A program made the translations under genes and the position numbers. A stretch of 64,000 nucleotides of DNA from Eledone cirrhosa (taxonomy: Eukaryota), in NCBI GenBank assembly GCA_964016885.1, contig OZ024742.1, positions 208,506,001 through 208,570,000 on the forward strand, given 5' to 3'. The notes under the pieces are model-generated. The model searched no databases. It saw nothing but the letters and a program-made list of their open reading frames with translations, and was not told the origin of the DNA. Below are positions 28,271 to 43,149 of the stretch, piece after piece. The stretch's first letter is position 1. Every line of letters starts with the position of its first letter.

Positions 28271-28308
28271 CCTCAGACGAGCCCCATTGGGCGAAACATA
28301 TGTAAGAG
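28271..28308 (+). ncRNA. Hammerhead with mutated core (CAGACGA)
   Basis: ct CAGACGA gccc-catt-gggc GAAA catatg TA ag; palindromic ACATATGT stem III. Confidence 0.75.
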
Positions 28309-28559
28309 CTTTATAAAGATATGTTTTAACGGCTTGTAACTCTTTCATTAATCATTTTGCCTGTCACCGCTCTGCTTATCGTTGTACACTATATATTAAC
28401 CTTTTCTAATATTTACCCCTTATAACCCAAGCATCGAGCACTTATGCACCTGCTTTTGGCATGTAATACTCTGTATCGCACCTCTTTATACCTCCTCTTT
28501 CTATCCTCTTTTACGATACTGTAACTTTTTATCATATATATATATATATACATATAATT

Positions 28560-28830
28560 TGTATTTTTCGAACATTAATAATAATATTTGATTCGTTTTC
28601 AATTATGCAAACACCCTATTTTATAATCCATTGCATTAGAATGAACCCCTCATTATTGCTTTTGTGTTGGCATGCAAACAGAACTGCAGACTCTAATGTT
28701 TCTGGCTGATTACTCTTCATCAGGGCAGTTTACTGCTTACCTGCCAACTGCCAAAGAAGTGAAAATATATATTTTCTTAAATATACAGTGACTGATCGGC
28801 CTGATTTGCATATTAGCAAACTGGCTGATT
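28560..28830 (-). mobile_element. PLE tail with HHR (28683-28729), family of 50350-50600
   Basis: Minus strand actgcc CTGATGA agagtaatcagcca GAAA cattagag TC tgcagt; homologous to 50350-50600. Confidence 0.8.
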
Positions 28831-29799
28831 AGTCAGATCTGCATATCCGAAGATAGACCAGTCAGATTCATGTATAGGAGCGATTAATAGCCGGCTTTGC
28901 CAAATTAAAATACCTAATACATACATACATTCATAAATATATAGAACAACGTTGCAGTGACTTCTAAATCCTATCTTAGTAGATTTATTTGGCTTCATCG
29001 TGTGATGGACACGGATATCCGAAAAAGATTGTGTCGTTCTGTGTGGGGTTAGGAGTGCTAGTGATTTTTGTTTAAAACAGCCTATTAAGACCAATCATCA
29101 ATTAAACCTACCAACACAAATCACCCTCTAAGTGCGTCAATATTATCAAAGTCCTTATATGATATCCGGTCGTGGTTTACAGGATATTCTACTTAAAAAT
29201 GAATTTTTTTTTCTGTAATATTAATCTAGCATTTCTTCTCAATTTGAGAATGATGTATATTTGTATGTTTAAGAACACAGAAAATAAGATAAAAACTGGG
29301 GGTTAAATTTTCATATTTTATTACATGATGCACATTTCCGTTTTTCCATATTTTGATTAAAATTATATAGCTACTTAAAGCTGATCATTATGGAAATACC
29401 TTTATAAAACGTTATTGAATTCTACATTTTAAGCCATTAAGAATTGCTAATGAATCAACATGCCATGTTTTTGCAAAAAACAACCTGACATTACATTGGA
29501 GGCAAAATACAGCCAAACACATTTTCTACCTCAATATTTGTCATCGGCATATTTGAGCAGGTAAACATATTTTGACATATACAGAAAGAGTTGGAAATAT
29601 TCTTTACTAAGGCAAATCCGGAATAATGCCAGTGATATAAATTCATTGGGAATACCATGAATGGCGAACAAGATAATTTGTTTAATCTTCTTTCATTTCC
29701 TTCACAGGATGAGAGGACACAAAAGCACTAAACACTGACTCTGAATAAAAGAGGGAGACAATTTCAAAAATTACCAATAAATGAACATAATGAGTGAAC

Positions 29800-30714
29800 A
29801 ATTATACTCCTCTCTACATCTATCACCATTAAATTCTCCCACTCTCTATATCTACCATACAACTATATCTCCCAACACCCCTCTGTATATCTACTTCCAG
29901 TAATTTCTTCCCCTCTCTACATCCTCTCCCATCCTATATCTATCATATTCCTATCTCTCACAACACTACTCTCTATATCTACAACCAACAATCTCTACCA
30001 GCCCCGCTCTATCTACCGTACGGCATCTCTCATTATCTTCTCCTCTATATCCATAACTACTAAAATCTCCTCCTCTCTATGACTACCATACATTTATCTC
30101 TCCTAACAGCCTTTCTATATCTACTACCTCAACATTCTCTCCCTCTCTATATTGCGACACTCACTTCTAATCCCCCTTATTCTAATCATTACCCCTAAAT
30201 TCTCCACCTCTCTATATCAAACACACAACACACTCTCATTATTCCCCTCTCTATATCTAACACAAATAATTTATATCCCTCTCTATATCTATTACGACAC
30301 TCGCTCTCCCAGCACTCCTCTCTATATCCATTACCAATAATATATCCACCATTCTCTTTCCGCAATATTTATATCACCCCCTATGATCCTCTCTATATAT
30401 GTATCTCCCCAAATACCCGTCTTTATATCTACTACCATCACAATATCCCATTCCCTATATCTACCATAAACCACGCTCTCCCACTAGCCTCTCTCTATCT
30501 ACTACCACCTCACTCTCACCCTCTCTATATCTACTACACGCTCTTTCTCATTAACCCGCTCTCTGTATCTAACACCAATAATCTCTCCCCTCTCTATATG
30601 TAGATTGTTCGCGAGTGGAAACACTTACAAAACTTCATAAACTATGCACGAACGGTAAAACGAGGAATCTGGTGTATCTGAAAGATTTTTTTATGTGTTT
30701 TATGGTTTTTTTTG

Positions 30715-30775
<61 letters not shown>

Positions 30776-31929
30776 ACACTCTAAACCAGACAATCATCCA
30801 ATGCAGTCATATCCCTTCTACCTCAGTTTCTCTTTATATATTTATCCGGACGAAAGCTGGAATCATCTGCTCGTCTACAATATAAAACACTCCCTCCCAA
30901 TCCACCAAACTCTCTCCATTAACACCAATCTCTCACCCTCTCTCTCTATCTATCTATCTACTCCTATCTCAATTCATATATCTATTACCATCAATCTCTC
31001 TTTCACTATATGAAGCTACCTTACGGCACTCTCTCATTATCTCTCTCTCTACATCTAACAGCACTACACTCACCCCATTCATACACCTATCTCTCATAAC
31101 ACTCTTCTCTACATCTACTACCACCAAACACTCCTCCTCTCTTTTTACCACATGACACTCTCCCAATATCTTCCTCTCTATATCCATTACTAATGCCTCC
31201 CCCTCTCTCCCAACACCCTTCACTATCTCTACAACCAGCAATCACTCACCCTCTCACTATCTACCACACGGCACTCTCTCATTATCTTCCTCTCTAAGTC
31301 CATAATCACGAAACTCTCCCCCTCTCTCTATCTACTATACACGTACCTCTGCCAACACTCCTCTTTATAGCTACACTCTACTCTCCCCCTCTCTATATCT
31401 ACCATACACACATATCTTCAACACCCATCTGTATATCTACTACCAGTAATTTTCCCCCTAACTATCTCTACCATACAATACTCTTATTCATCACTCCTCT
31501 TTATATCTAATACAATCAACCTTTCCTCTCTGTATAAGAGAGCGTGCTTGTGGTTGATATAGAGAGAGGTAGTGTTCGAAGGTAGTAGATTTAAAGAGTG
31601 TTGTTGGGAGAAAGTGTTGTACGGTAGATATAGAGAGGGTGAGAAAGTACGTCAGCTAGTCTACAATATACAACACTCTCCCAATAACCCTCACTCTCTC
31701 CATTAATACCAATCTCTCGCCCACTCTCTATCTATCTACACCTATCTCTCCCAACCCCCATCTATATATCTATAACCACCAAACTATCTTTCTCTATATA
31801 AATCTACCTACGACACTCTCTTGTTATCCCACTCTCTATAACTACCATACACCTATCTCTCTCAATAGCCCTATCTATGTATAGTAGGCACCAATCTTTC
31901 CAAACCCCCTCTCTATATCAATTACCACT
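29800..31929. repeat. Degenerate pyrimidine-rich minisatellite (ctctctatatctac-type units)
   Basis: Recurrent ctctctatatctac(t/c)a; inverted block at ~31530-31650; interrupted at ~30600-30875. Confidence 0.8.
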
Positions 31930-32125
31930 TGATATAGACGTGATTTACTTTGCTCCGGATTTTTGCGGATTGTTGTAAAAAAGAACTGTGAGTTTATTGA
32001 TCAATTTAATAACATTGTTTGGTTTAGCCCCTTGCCTTGGCCGTCAGACGCTAAGTCAACAAATTTTCGTCCCTTTCTGGGGCGAAATTTTCAATTTTCA
32101 TCTAAAAACTGTAGACTTGGTGGCA

Positions 32126-33909
32126 ATGGATGCCATTTCCACCTCGCACACTGTCGTGAGTGCCACGCCCACTAAGAAAAGTGGTGGAGGGAAGGTAGGA
32201 GTACAAAGCTTGCAGCCGTCCCCCCTCGCATCATCGAAAAACGTGGAAAATATCGAAACCGCGAAACCAAATCCGGCAAAAAATACCAGCACCAACAACA
32301 AGAACAATGACAACAACACCACAACCAACAACTGCAATAGCAACACCAATATTACCAACAGTGACAGTAACACGAAAGACAACAACACCAAAACAACATT
32401 TGCACAGACCGTAAAAAAAAACGAACTATACACGCCAATAGACATAACAAATGCTAAACAATTATTACAAGACGCAAAACAATTCGTGATTTTTGGCGAA
32501 AACGGTGCTTTTAGCATTAATTCTCCACATGAATTACGTAGAGAGGCTGTCCTGAAAACTGTGGTTTTCAGGACAATATCGAACGTAACAAGAAAACCAG
32601 CTCAATTATCACAAAATGAAAATTATCTGGTTCTAAAAGACGCAATGAAGGACTTAACCTTCATACAAAAAGGTAAACTGTTTGGTAGCATTTCGGTGCT
32701 GATGAACAACCAGTCAACAGCTCAAAAGTACTCAATAGCACCCATTGTGTCCCCCCACTTCACCTTTTACCCCACATACAGGGGAAAAAGGACACAAAGA
32801 ATAAAAATAATGAGTATCACACCAAATGTAAATATTTGGTGGATACTATGTGGAATAATTAACTTTGACGAAGACAAGATAATTTCAATAGGAAAGTCCT
32901 CCGGAGGTGTATTTGGTGGGACCACCGTAGAAGTTCTGGTGCAAATGAGCCCAGAACGAATAGCGAATATCCCACAATGCGTGCCTCTGGACGGGCTAAC
33001 TTATATAAACATTTCAGTGGAGGGAAGGCGGCCGTCATGTTACCACTGCTTAAGCAGGGGTCACCTGAGGGCTGCCTGTCCTCAATTAACGAGTAAAAAA
33101 AAAAGGCTCTTCTGCCAACCCCGAACACAACAACACAACAACCACCACCACCACCACCACCACCACAACAACAACAACAACAACACGGAAAAATAACAAC
33201 ACAAAACACTGTTCCACCCAACCCCTCCCCACCTAAAACAAATACAAAAGCAACCACAACAAAACCCCAAAATACACCCCTCCCCAACAACACGGAAGAG
33301 GACTCCGTATCAACGTCACCCAGTGACGACGAGGGAGAACCCTTTCAACAGGTGAAAAGGAAAAAAAGGCACCACATTAACAAAAATGCCACAAACACAC
33401 AACAACCAGCACAAACAGAACAAACATCACAAATAAAAAAACCCACCCCTCCCCAAAACATAACACGTACTATAAAACGCAAACACCCGCAAGAACAACA
33501 AACAAAAACAAACACAACACAACAAAAACTCTATACATACATTAACAAGAACAATAAAACGTTGATGAAAGCGATAGAAAATAACCCTTCGGTGGAAACC
33601 GAAGGGATCACTTTCACCTACGCAGCGAACAAACCGCACCTAATGATGATTAGGGTCCCAACGGAAACCTATGTAACTTTGAAAAAGAACCATCCAATGC
33701 ATGTGGGGACCAACTGCACCAAATCACATAACAGCGTCCTATTGAGATGTTTCCCCACCCCCACACCAGACACCCACACCCCACCAAACACCCTAATCCC
33801 ACCACACACTGATGTCCTAACCCCACCACAAACCACCACCCCACCAAACAACCCTTCCAACACCCCCATGGAAATTGTGCAGCCTGGTCCCCAGGAGACG
33901 AAAAGGTAA
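32126..33909 (+). pseudogene. LINE ORF1 (gag-like, zinc knuckle CYHCLSRGHLRAAC), frameshifted
   Basis: ORFs 31988-33196 and 33352-33909; CX2CX4HX4C; N/T-rich low-complexity tracts. Confidence 0.8.
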
Positions 33910-33951
33910 GTAATTTCCTTTCCTCTTCGTTTTTACCTCTTCAGCACCAAC

Positions 33952-36900
33952 ATGGCCAATATAAGAGTTGGATGTGTGAATGCACGCGGCTTGGGGATGT
34001 CCTGGAAACAGGGCAAACTCTTAAATGACCTCAGGTCGCACAGAATGGATGTAATGGTTATTTGCGAGTCCAGGATCAGCAGCGAGCGCCAACTGGTCCC
34101 CATCTTCGACGACTTTGAGATCTACGCATCTCTCTGTCAGCCGAGGGGTGGGGTGGGGTTGTCGTTCTGCTGCGAAAATACCTGGGTCTTGCCACACAGA
34201 AGGTACACCTGGACCCGGAGGGTCGACTGGTGGTTTTAGACGTCGGCAGTAGTGAAGGTGGAGCTTTCAGGCTGGTGGCAGCGTATGCCCCATCTAGGAC
34301 ACCGCGACCGGACTTCTTCCGACGCCTGGAGAATTTCCTGGGAACGTCTCGCTCCTTGCTTTTAGTGGGGGACTGGAATGGTATCCTGGATGCACGTTGG
34401 GACTATGTAGGGGCATGTCCCGATAGAGGGGGGTGTAACAGCCTCAAACGATTAATCGGCCGATTTGATCTGGCCGATAGATATCGACTGGATTTTCTGA
34501 CTGTGCCACGGTGGACGTGGAGTAATCGCAGCGGAACATCCAGGTCGTACCTAGATAGGTTCCTAGTTAGAAATAAGGATAGGGACATATTAAGCTGTCC
34601 ACGAATGTTCATGGTTGACTATTCGGATCACAAGTTGTTGACCGGAGTGGTCAACCTTGATAGAACTCATAGACAGGGACCCGGTTACTGGAAGCTAAAT
34701 TTGTCTTTACCGATAAACAAAGCTTACAGTAGGCGTATTAGCACACTAGTTAAGCAGCGTTTGACGGGGGCAATAGTCAACAACAGGTGGTGGGGCTCTC
34801 TCAAGAGAGAAATTAGAATAAAATCGATAGGTTTTAGTCGGGAATTAGCATCAGATAGAAATAGAACTGAAAGGGAATTAACAAATAGAGTAGAAGAGGC
34901 GATTAGGAGTGGCAACGTGGCCGGCGTGCTGGCGTCAAGAACGGCCCCAGACCAGTAATTTGATGCGAAGCACGAGGGCTGCGTTGTCAGGAGTAAAATA
35001 CGTGCTCTGGGTAACGAGGGAGCCAAAGCTGTTAGCTGGGCCCGAGTGACAGAGGCAAAAAGTGGAAACAAGTCCACGATTCGGTCTTTGAAGGACCAGG
35101 ATGGACGCGTGATCCTTGAACCTGAGCGGATGAGCGCGGCCTTTCAACGGCGCTTTGCACGACTGTTCGGGAGGGGCGGCGGGCCGGGTGGGGCCATGGA
35201 TTTCGGTCCATACCTCGACGGTCTGGCGCGGCTCTCGGACGGGGAGGCGAAGTCCTGCGAGAGGCCGATTTCAGCCGCTGAAATAGGGGAAGCGCTGAGC
35301 CAATGCGGCAAACGCAAATCTCCGGGTCTCGATGGTCTACAATACGAACTTTATGTAGCGATGCCGGGCTTGGTCTCCGGTCTCCTCGAGTCGGTCTACT
35401 GCAACTGGCAACAGAACGGGAGAATTCCCAGTTCTGTGACCAAGGGCGTAGTCACGCTGCTGAGGAAGGACGAGAACAAGGGGATGACATAGATAACTTC
35501 AGGCCCATAACTCTGCTAAACACAGAGTTAAAGATTTTGACCAAGGTGTTAGCGAAGAGGTTGGCGCTTGTCGTCGGGAACCTGGTGGGAGAAGCGCAGA
35601 CATGCGCAATCCCGTCCAGGTCCATACACGACAACCTCCACCTCATGCGATACATCGTAGAGATTGTAGGGAACGAACCCGGCTTTGGTGGGGCCCTGAT
35701 CAACTTGGATCAATCTAAAGCGTTCGATAGGGTTGACCATCGGTACCTGGATGCGGTGCTCGCGGCGGCGGGCTTCGGACCCGTTTTCAGGGGCTGGATT
35801 GCTGCAATGCACAGCAGCAACACCTGCTCGACGGTCAAGGTGAACGGCTACCTCTCGGAGCCGTTCCAAATCACGCGATCCATTCGACAGGGATGCCCTC
35901 TCTCCTCCCTCCTGTATGTGCTGGCTCTCGAGCCACTACTGAGGAAGCTGGAGCTGTTGCAGGGCATCCCCTTGGAACCGCGATTGCGGAAAGCGGTGTC
36001 GGCCTACGCCGATGACGTGACAGTAATGGTGTCGTGCGCCTCGGAAATCGGGCAGATCGCCACCTTACTGGAGGAATATGAAAGGTTCACAGGAGCCAAG
36101 CTGAACCGGGACAAGTCCGTCGGTTTGCAACTCGGGACGTGGAGGGGCAAAACGATGCCCTCCGACGGCATCGTCGGACGCTGGACGGAGGGACCGGTGA
36201 AGCTGCTCGGGGTCTGGTTCGGACCGGACCTCCAGGTGGGGAAAAACTGGGACGAGGTAACGGGCAACGTGTTTGCACTCGCCCAGAAGTGGGCCGAGTG
36301 CAAACTATCCCCGAAAGGTCGAGCGGAGGTGGCGAACGCTTATATAGCGTCCGTCATCTACTACTGCTTGACCGTCGTGCCTTGCCCAGAGAAAACACTC
36401 GTCAAAATGGAGCGCGCGCTCTTCCGCTTTCTTTGGAAGAAGCGGGCTCCTTTGGTGAGAAGATCCATCTGCTGTCAACACCCTTCAAACGGAGGGCTGG
36501 GGATGCCGTGGCTGACGATGCGTAGACACGCATTAAGGCTACGGCACCTCCAGGTATTCCTCACCGGTCAGCCGGTGTGGGCCCTGTTTGTGAGGCGAGC
36601 CTTTCCGAGACTCGTCTCACTCACCGAGCTGCAATCCTGAGTCAAGCAAAGACCGAGAAAAGTGGGCGACTGGCACATTGAATGTGCCCAGGCTCTCACG
36701 GCCCTCTGGCAAGCGGATCCGGCAATCAGTGGAGACTCAACCTCAACATTCTATAGAGGGTTGGTGCGCAGTAAGTGCGACGACGCTCTCGGAGAGGCTC
36801 TGGGCATGGAGGAAGACGAGCTGGCCAGTCTGTTCGGTAGGACGTTTGGCCCGGGACCGATGGACAACTTCCAAAAGTCCCTGGCTTGGCAATGTTACCG

Positions 36901-37309
36901 AGGAGCTCTACCCGAGGAAACCGTCGCACACGCATTCGTACATTGCCCGGGCGTTGCTGACCTGTGGGGCTATGTAGAACGACTACTGTCGCGGGTGGGA
37001 CCAATCCGGTTGACCACCGAGAACATTGTCGCAATCAAACCACCTCCTCCTTTCAAAAACGAATGAGAGGCGGTTTTCCTCTGTGTGATAGCCATGGCGA
37101 AAGAAGTTGTATGGTGGACAAGGTTGAAAGGGCTGAGGTCAGACACCTATCTCTCCGGCCAACAACTGGTCTTTTTTTTCAAGTACCACTTTAGAAGAAG
37201 GATCAGAATGGAGAGAGAGGTGCTCTACCCCAGCAAGTTTTATGAAAGATGGGTGAAAGTAGCGAGAATGGCCCGAGTGAATGGGCCTTCTCTCTATATC
37301 AGCCTGTAG
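33952..37309 (+). pseudogene. LINE ORF2: apurinic-type endonuclease + reverse transcriptase, disrupted
   Basis: NARGL, GDWN, SYLDRF, SDHK; KSPGLDG, NFRPITLLN, DQSKAFDRVDH, RQGCPLS, YADD (~36005-36016); ETVAHAFVHC; several frameshifts and stops. Confidence 0.93.
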
Positions 37310-37553
37310 GTGAGAGAGGAGAAGAATGAGAAGAGGAAGGAAGCACCCGCTCTTTGTGCTCCTGAAGAGGAGGGTTGAACATTTTTCGGGGGGGGGGGTG
37401 AGCGCCCCATGTCAACGCCCCTCCCTATTGAGGACATCGATTGTTAAATTTAATTTGTTATATGTTTTTTACACGTCTTTTTAAATGTATGTAAACTCCC
37501 CCCTTTGTATTTGTCCCAATCTTTGATGCCCTGGTGGCAAATAAATAGAAATA

Positions 37554-38430
37554 TATATCCATAATCACTAAACTCTCCCCCTCTATAAATCTACCATACA
37601 CCTATATCTCGCAACACCCCTCTGTATATCTACTACCAGTAATCTATCCCCCTTTCTATATCTTCGTACGGCACTCTTTTTCAACACCTCTCTTTACAAC
37701 CACCAATCTCTCACCTCTATATTTACCAAAAAACACGGGAAGATGTAGAGAGGGGAAAATGGGAGAGTGTCGTGTAGTTGATATAGAGAGGGGTATTGTT
37801 CGAAGGTAGTAGATATAAAGAGGATTACTGGGAGAGAGTGTTGTACAGTAGAGTTAGTGAGAGTGTAGTGGTTATGGATATAGAGAGTGAGATGATGAGA
37901 GAGTGGCGTGTGGTAGATATAAAGAGGGGGATTGGGAGAGATAGGTGTATGACAGATATAAGGAGGGGAGTGTTTGCTTGTAGATGTAGTGTTGTACTGT
38001 AGATATAAAGAGGGGAAGAAATTACTGGTAGTCGATATAGAGAGGGGAGAGTTTAGTGGTTATGGAAATGTAGATGAAGTTAATGAGAGTGTGCCGTGAG
38101 GTAGATAGTGAGAGGGTGAGTGATTGCTGGAAGGAGATATAGAGAGGGATGTTGGGAGAGAGTGTTGTAATATATATATAGAGGGGAAGAGATTATTTGT
38201 GTTAGATGTAGAGAGGGAAATATGAGAGAGTGTCGTGTAGTTGATATAGAGAGAGCACTGTTCAAAGGTAGTAGATGTAAAGAGAGGTGGTGGGGGAGAG
38301 TTTTGTACGGTAGATATAGAAAGAGGGGGATTGTGGTGGTTATAGATAGTATAGTGAGATAATGAGAGAGTGGCGTGTTGTAGATATAAAAAGGGAGGAG
38401 TTTGACGGTAGTAGATATAGAGAGGGGATA
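37554..38430. repeat. Continuation of the minisatellite, inverted from ~37735
   Basis: Same units as 29800-31929; purine-rich strand after 37735. Confidence 0.8.
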
Positions 38431-38431
38431 T

Positions 38432-39000
38432 CCTCTGCAGTTGCTGCCCATGTCTCACTACAATGCAGCATCGCGCTCCTCACAAAGGCATCATATAACC
38501 GGGCTTTCGTACGCAGGGAGAAACCCTTCTTCGTCAGCAGAGGATGCAGCTCCCTAAACTTCTTCCAACTCGTCCTTATTTTAGATACTATGGCCTTGGA
38601 AAACCCCCTCCCATGCTAATCTGATCACCTAGGTACCGGAAGCTATCAACCACTTCTATAGAACCCACCTGCAGTTGAAAAATGTGTCTATCAATGCGAC
38701 TTCTCCTGTCAAATTTCCCTGTACATCTACTGCATACGTAGCTTTCCCTACCTGTTAGTTTGCCTGCTAACCCACTACATCTCTTGTGTATCCAAGATCT
38801 GCATTGTGTGCATTTTCTAGAATTTATGCCAGTTCCTTTTCTGCATATCGAACATGGCCATTTCCCTGGCGGAATCAGAGTTTTGTCCTCTTTTCTACTC
38901 ATCAACACTTTTGTCTTAGCTAGGTTCACACTTAGTCCTCTTGATTCCAACTGCTGTTTCTATAGAGATAATTTATTCTCTAGCTCCTCTACTGATTCTG
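38432..39000 (-). mobile_element. RTE-clade LINE RT fragment with Cys-rich (PHD-like) insert
   Basis: GLSVNLAKTKVLM...KWPCSICRKG...CTQCRSWIHKRCSG...VVDSFRYLG; then LRTKARLYDAFVRSAML. Confidence 0.85.
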
Positions 39001-39191
39001 TTATACATAATTATATATTCAGCACAACCAAGCAATCCCTTTTTGTAATTATTTGACAAAAACATGAGATATCTTTACCGAAACGATAAACTAGCACCGG
39101 GTCGTCCAACCGTGACACACCCCCACAAACTCCTGCTTCCTGTTTACACCAAAGCAAGTCTTTGGCTGACCAATACACATTCCTAAACGCG

Positions 39192-39280
<89 letters not shown>

Positions 39281-39570
39281 TAATCCTTAATTGCACGCGC
39301 TCTCACGTAAACACGCACATGAATATCGGTGAATACACACCCACATATGCTCATCGTTAAGAGCATGGACTCTTTTTCTTATCAGTGACTTTGTTTAAGA
39401 TGTTCTATATGTATGTATATATGTCAACGGTGAGGGTTATTTGCAACTTTTTCAGTACATATGAAGTGTCTCAATACGTACTTATGAAATGCAGTTGGGC
39501 GTGATTTGAGGGTGAATTAGCTAAAATATTTAGCAGATCTTGCTACTGCATATAAGTATCTCTCATTCGA

Positions 39571-40470
<900 letters not shown>

Positions 40471-40491
40471 ATATATATATATATATATATA

Positions 40492-40697
40492 TTTCGTTTC
40501 TGAATTTGTTTAGCAAGATTCTTTATCTGAAAACGTGTGTTGAAACCGATATTGTTATACTTTGGGAGGGTCATGTTGCCAATCAGAAACACACGCACCA
40601 GTTGCTTTTACTTCAATTTATTATAATAAATTGAAGTAAAACACCTGGTGCGTGTGTTTCTTATTGGCAACATGACCCTCCCAAAGTATAACAATAT
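40492..40697. repeat. Fold-back PLE tail (family of 46445)
   Basis: Palindrome centred at ~40623; arms match 46500-46560 and 47765-47850. Confidence 0.85.
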
Positions 40698-40763
40698 ATA
40701 TATATATATAGGAAAATGTATGACCCCGACGGCAGACATCAACCGTTTCGACGGCTATTTCTG

Positions 40764-40847
<84 letters not shown>

Positions 40848-40849
40848 TT

Positions 40850-41050
40850 GATCGACTTTTCAAATCGGACCGAGGAAACAATGTTTCAATTGGTCTTTCC
40901 ACTTGCTAATACTACCTATCGGTCGTAAATCCAGGTTGAAGGAGCAACGTGAAATAAAGTCTCTTGTGAAATAAAGTCTCGCCCGGTCCGCGAATAGAAT
41001 TCACAACCTCACGATTTCGAATCCAATTTTCTAACCACTCGTCCACGCGC
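40850..41050 (-). mobile_element. tRNA-derived SINE family B (CORE-like), diverged
   Basis: Minus strand gtggacgagtggttag...gaattctattc; ttatttcacgttgctcc shared with 47507. Confidence 0.6.
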
Positions 41051-41730
41051 TTTCACTAAATATAAATAAATAAGACAGAAGTGTGTGGTTTCAAGGAATT
41101 GTGCCTGCTATTTAATGATTGTCGTTGCACTCTCTGTGTTTACGTTATAAAACCAAAATGAATATTGTTTTGTGCAAATGTTTCTTCCTCAATTCTCACA
41201 CATGCACTCAATTTCATATAACCTTATATCGTTGAATTGAACATAATTTCAATTGGAATACGAAATCATATCGTTAATTTGTTGATTCGTTAAGTATTTA
41301 TAATGAATATATGTATCATTTAATACATCAGCGTCATACAAGGTAATAATAGGTAAAAATGATTTATCTCATTTACACAAGGAATTGAAAACATCTATTT
41401 CATAGGGGTCAGTAAATTATTCGTGTAGGAATGCTTTATTGAGCCCTGAATCTAATAATTTGTTTTCTGAATTTGCCATTATTTCCATCTATTTTTTTCT
41501 GTTATTGTGTGACACACCTGTTTTGTATATCTGTATGAAACGAGGATAAAACCCATACTTCTCAACTACCAAGACCACAATGAGTCTCCGTACACACAGT
41601 CTGCCTGACAGATCACTCCAGTTCTTATTTATAGGCGTTACTGCTAGTCCACTTTTAGTTACGCGGGAGTGAGTATTCAGTGTTTTTCCTAACAACAATT
41701 ATATACAGTACCACTGGCCAGAGTATTGTG

Positions 41731-41915
41731 CAGGATTGGCAGTATCAGTAGAGGGTCGGACGCCATGCTTTCCAGCATAGTTACGTCCCTTTACGATCTG
41801 AGTTCAAATCCCGCCGAGGTTGACTTTGCTTTTCATCCTTACGGGGTCGATAAAATAAAGTACCAGTTATGTACTGGGTAATTGCTGGCCTTGTGCCTAA
41901 AGTAGAAACAGTTAT
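41731..41915 (+). mobile_element. tRNA-derived SINE family A
   Basis: TGGCAGTATCAG A box, GAGTTCAAATCC B box, conserved tail. Confidence 0.9.
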
Positions 41916-42538
41916 TATAGTTATCGTTATTGCTTCTCTTTTTAATGCTGTTTTTGATGCAGTTGCTGTTTTCTTTTTATATATTTTATACGTTCAGTGA
42001 CACTTATAACCTGATCTTTAAAATACATGTCAGTTACGGAGTGAAATATGTTTTCTCTAATTTCTAAATCTTATATTGAATTGCCATTTTCTCTTGAAGT
42101 ATCAAGGAATAAAATTACCAATACTGTATAAGAATTTCTATGAAACAAAGGAAGCACAATATTTGCCTTTGATATTAAGCCCTCCAACGTAATATATAAA
42201 ATTATATACTTATATGTAAAGGCAGAGAGAAAGATATATATATATAGAGAGAGAGAGAGAAAGAGAGAGAGATTTATTGATTAGAAAAGGCTAAGGAACT
42301 GTAGAAAAATGCCTTACAAATTTCTGTCGAGTCAATAAAGATAGTTTCAGAGTCATTTTTTTCCGAATCTAATAAGTTATGCATTCATATATTTGAATTT
42401 CTAACGCATATATCCCAACGCTTAGTCTGTCTGTTTGTCTGTCTCTCCCCCTCTCTTTGTCTCTCTCTCTCTCCCCTCTCTGTCTCTCTCTCTCTCTATA
42501 TATATATATATTATTATTATATATTATATATATATATA

Positions 42539-42667
<129 letters not shown>

Positions 42668-43004
42668 TTGTGTGTCTGTGTCTGTGTTTATGCAGATATA
42701 TATGTATGTAAATCTATACATATATAAGTAAATAAATATACCAATAAATAGATAGTTCGTATGATTCATAGAAAAAGTAAAGAACTTAAGGAAATTGTGT
42801 TAGGAAATTCTGACATATCTAAAAAGTTAATTTTCATAGAGGAATTTCCGAATTTAAATCTAACACGATATGGTTTATATATTCAAATTCTACATTACTA
42901 GTTACATCATTTCCTTAAATAATTATGCACACACACAGAAGACCACTTATATACCCGTACATCTCTCTCTCCCCCTCTCTCTCTCTCTCTCTCTCTCTTT
43001 CTCA

Positions 43005-43063
<59 letters not shown>

Positions 43064-43115
43064 AAAAGATATGTGTGTGTGTGTCTATGTGTGTGTGCGT
43101 GTGTGTGTGTATGTG

Positions 43116-43149
<34 letters not shown>

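Larger units (their letters stand above)
26010..28533 (+). mobile_element. 5'-truncated Hydra-like PLE (EN relic, 3' UTR, HHR)
   Basis: LWFN...FFNALEKNFPPNHRYRKILNKNNVKISYS (26515-26655); NCRNPANCPLRGYCLAKNVIYRC (~27263-27335); FKTRFRAH; CGHR. Confidence 0.85.
31930..37553 (+). mobile_element. L1/Tx1-clade LINE, near full length
   Basis: ORF1 with CCHC knuckle; ORF2 APE + RT; 3' UTR with AATAAA at ~37540; GC-rich ORF2 against an AT-rich background. Confidence 0.93.

Noticed and set aside
29690-29760. Possible host exon after a ttcacag acceptor (also 10570)
   Set aside because: No supported ORF, donor site or homology visible.
29800-31929. CRISPR-like array
   Set aside because: Degenerate eukaryotic tandem units without unique spacers; no cas genes.
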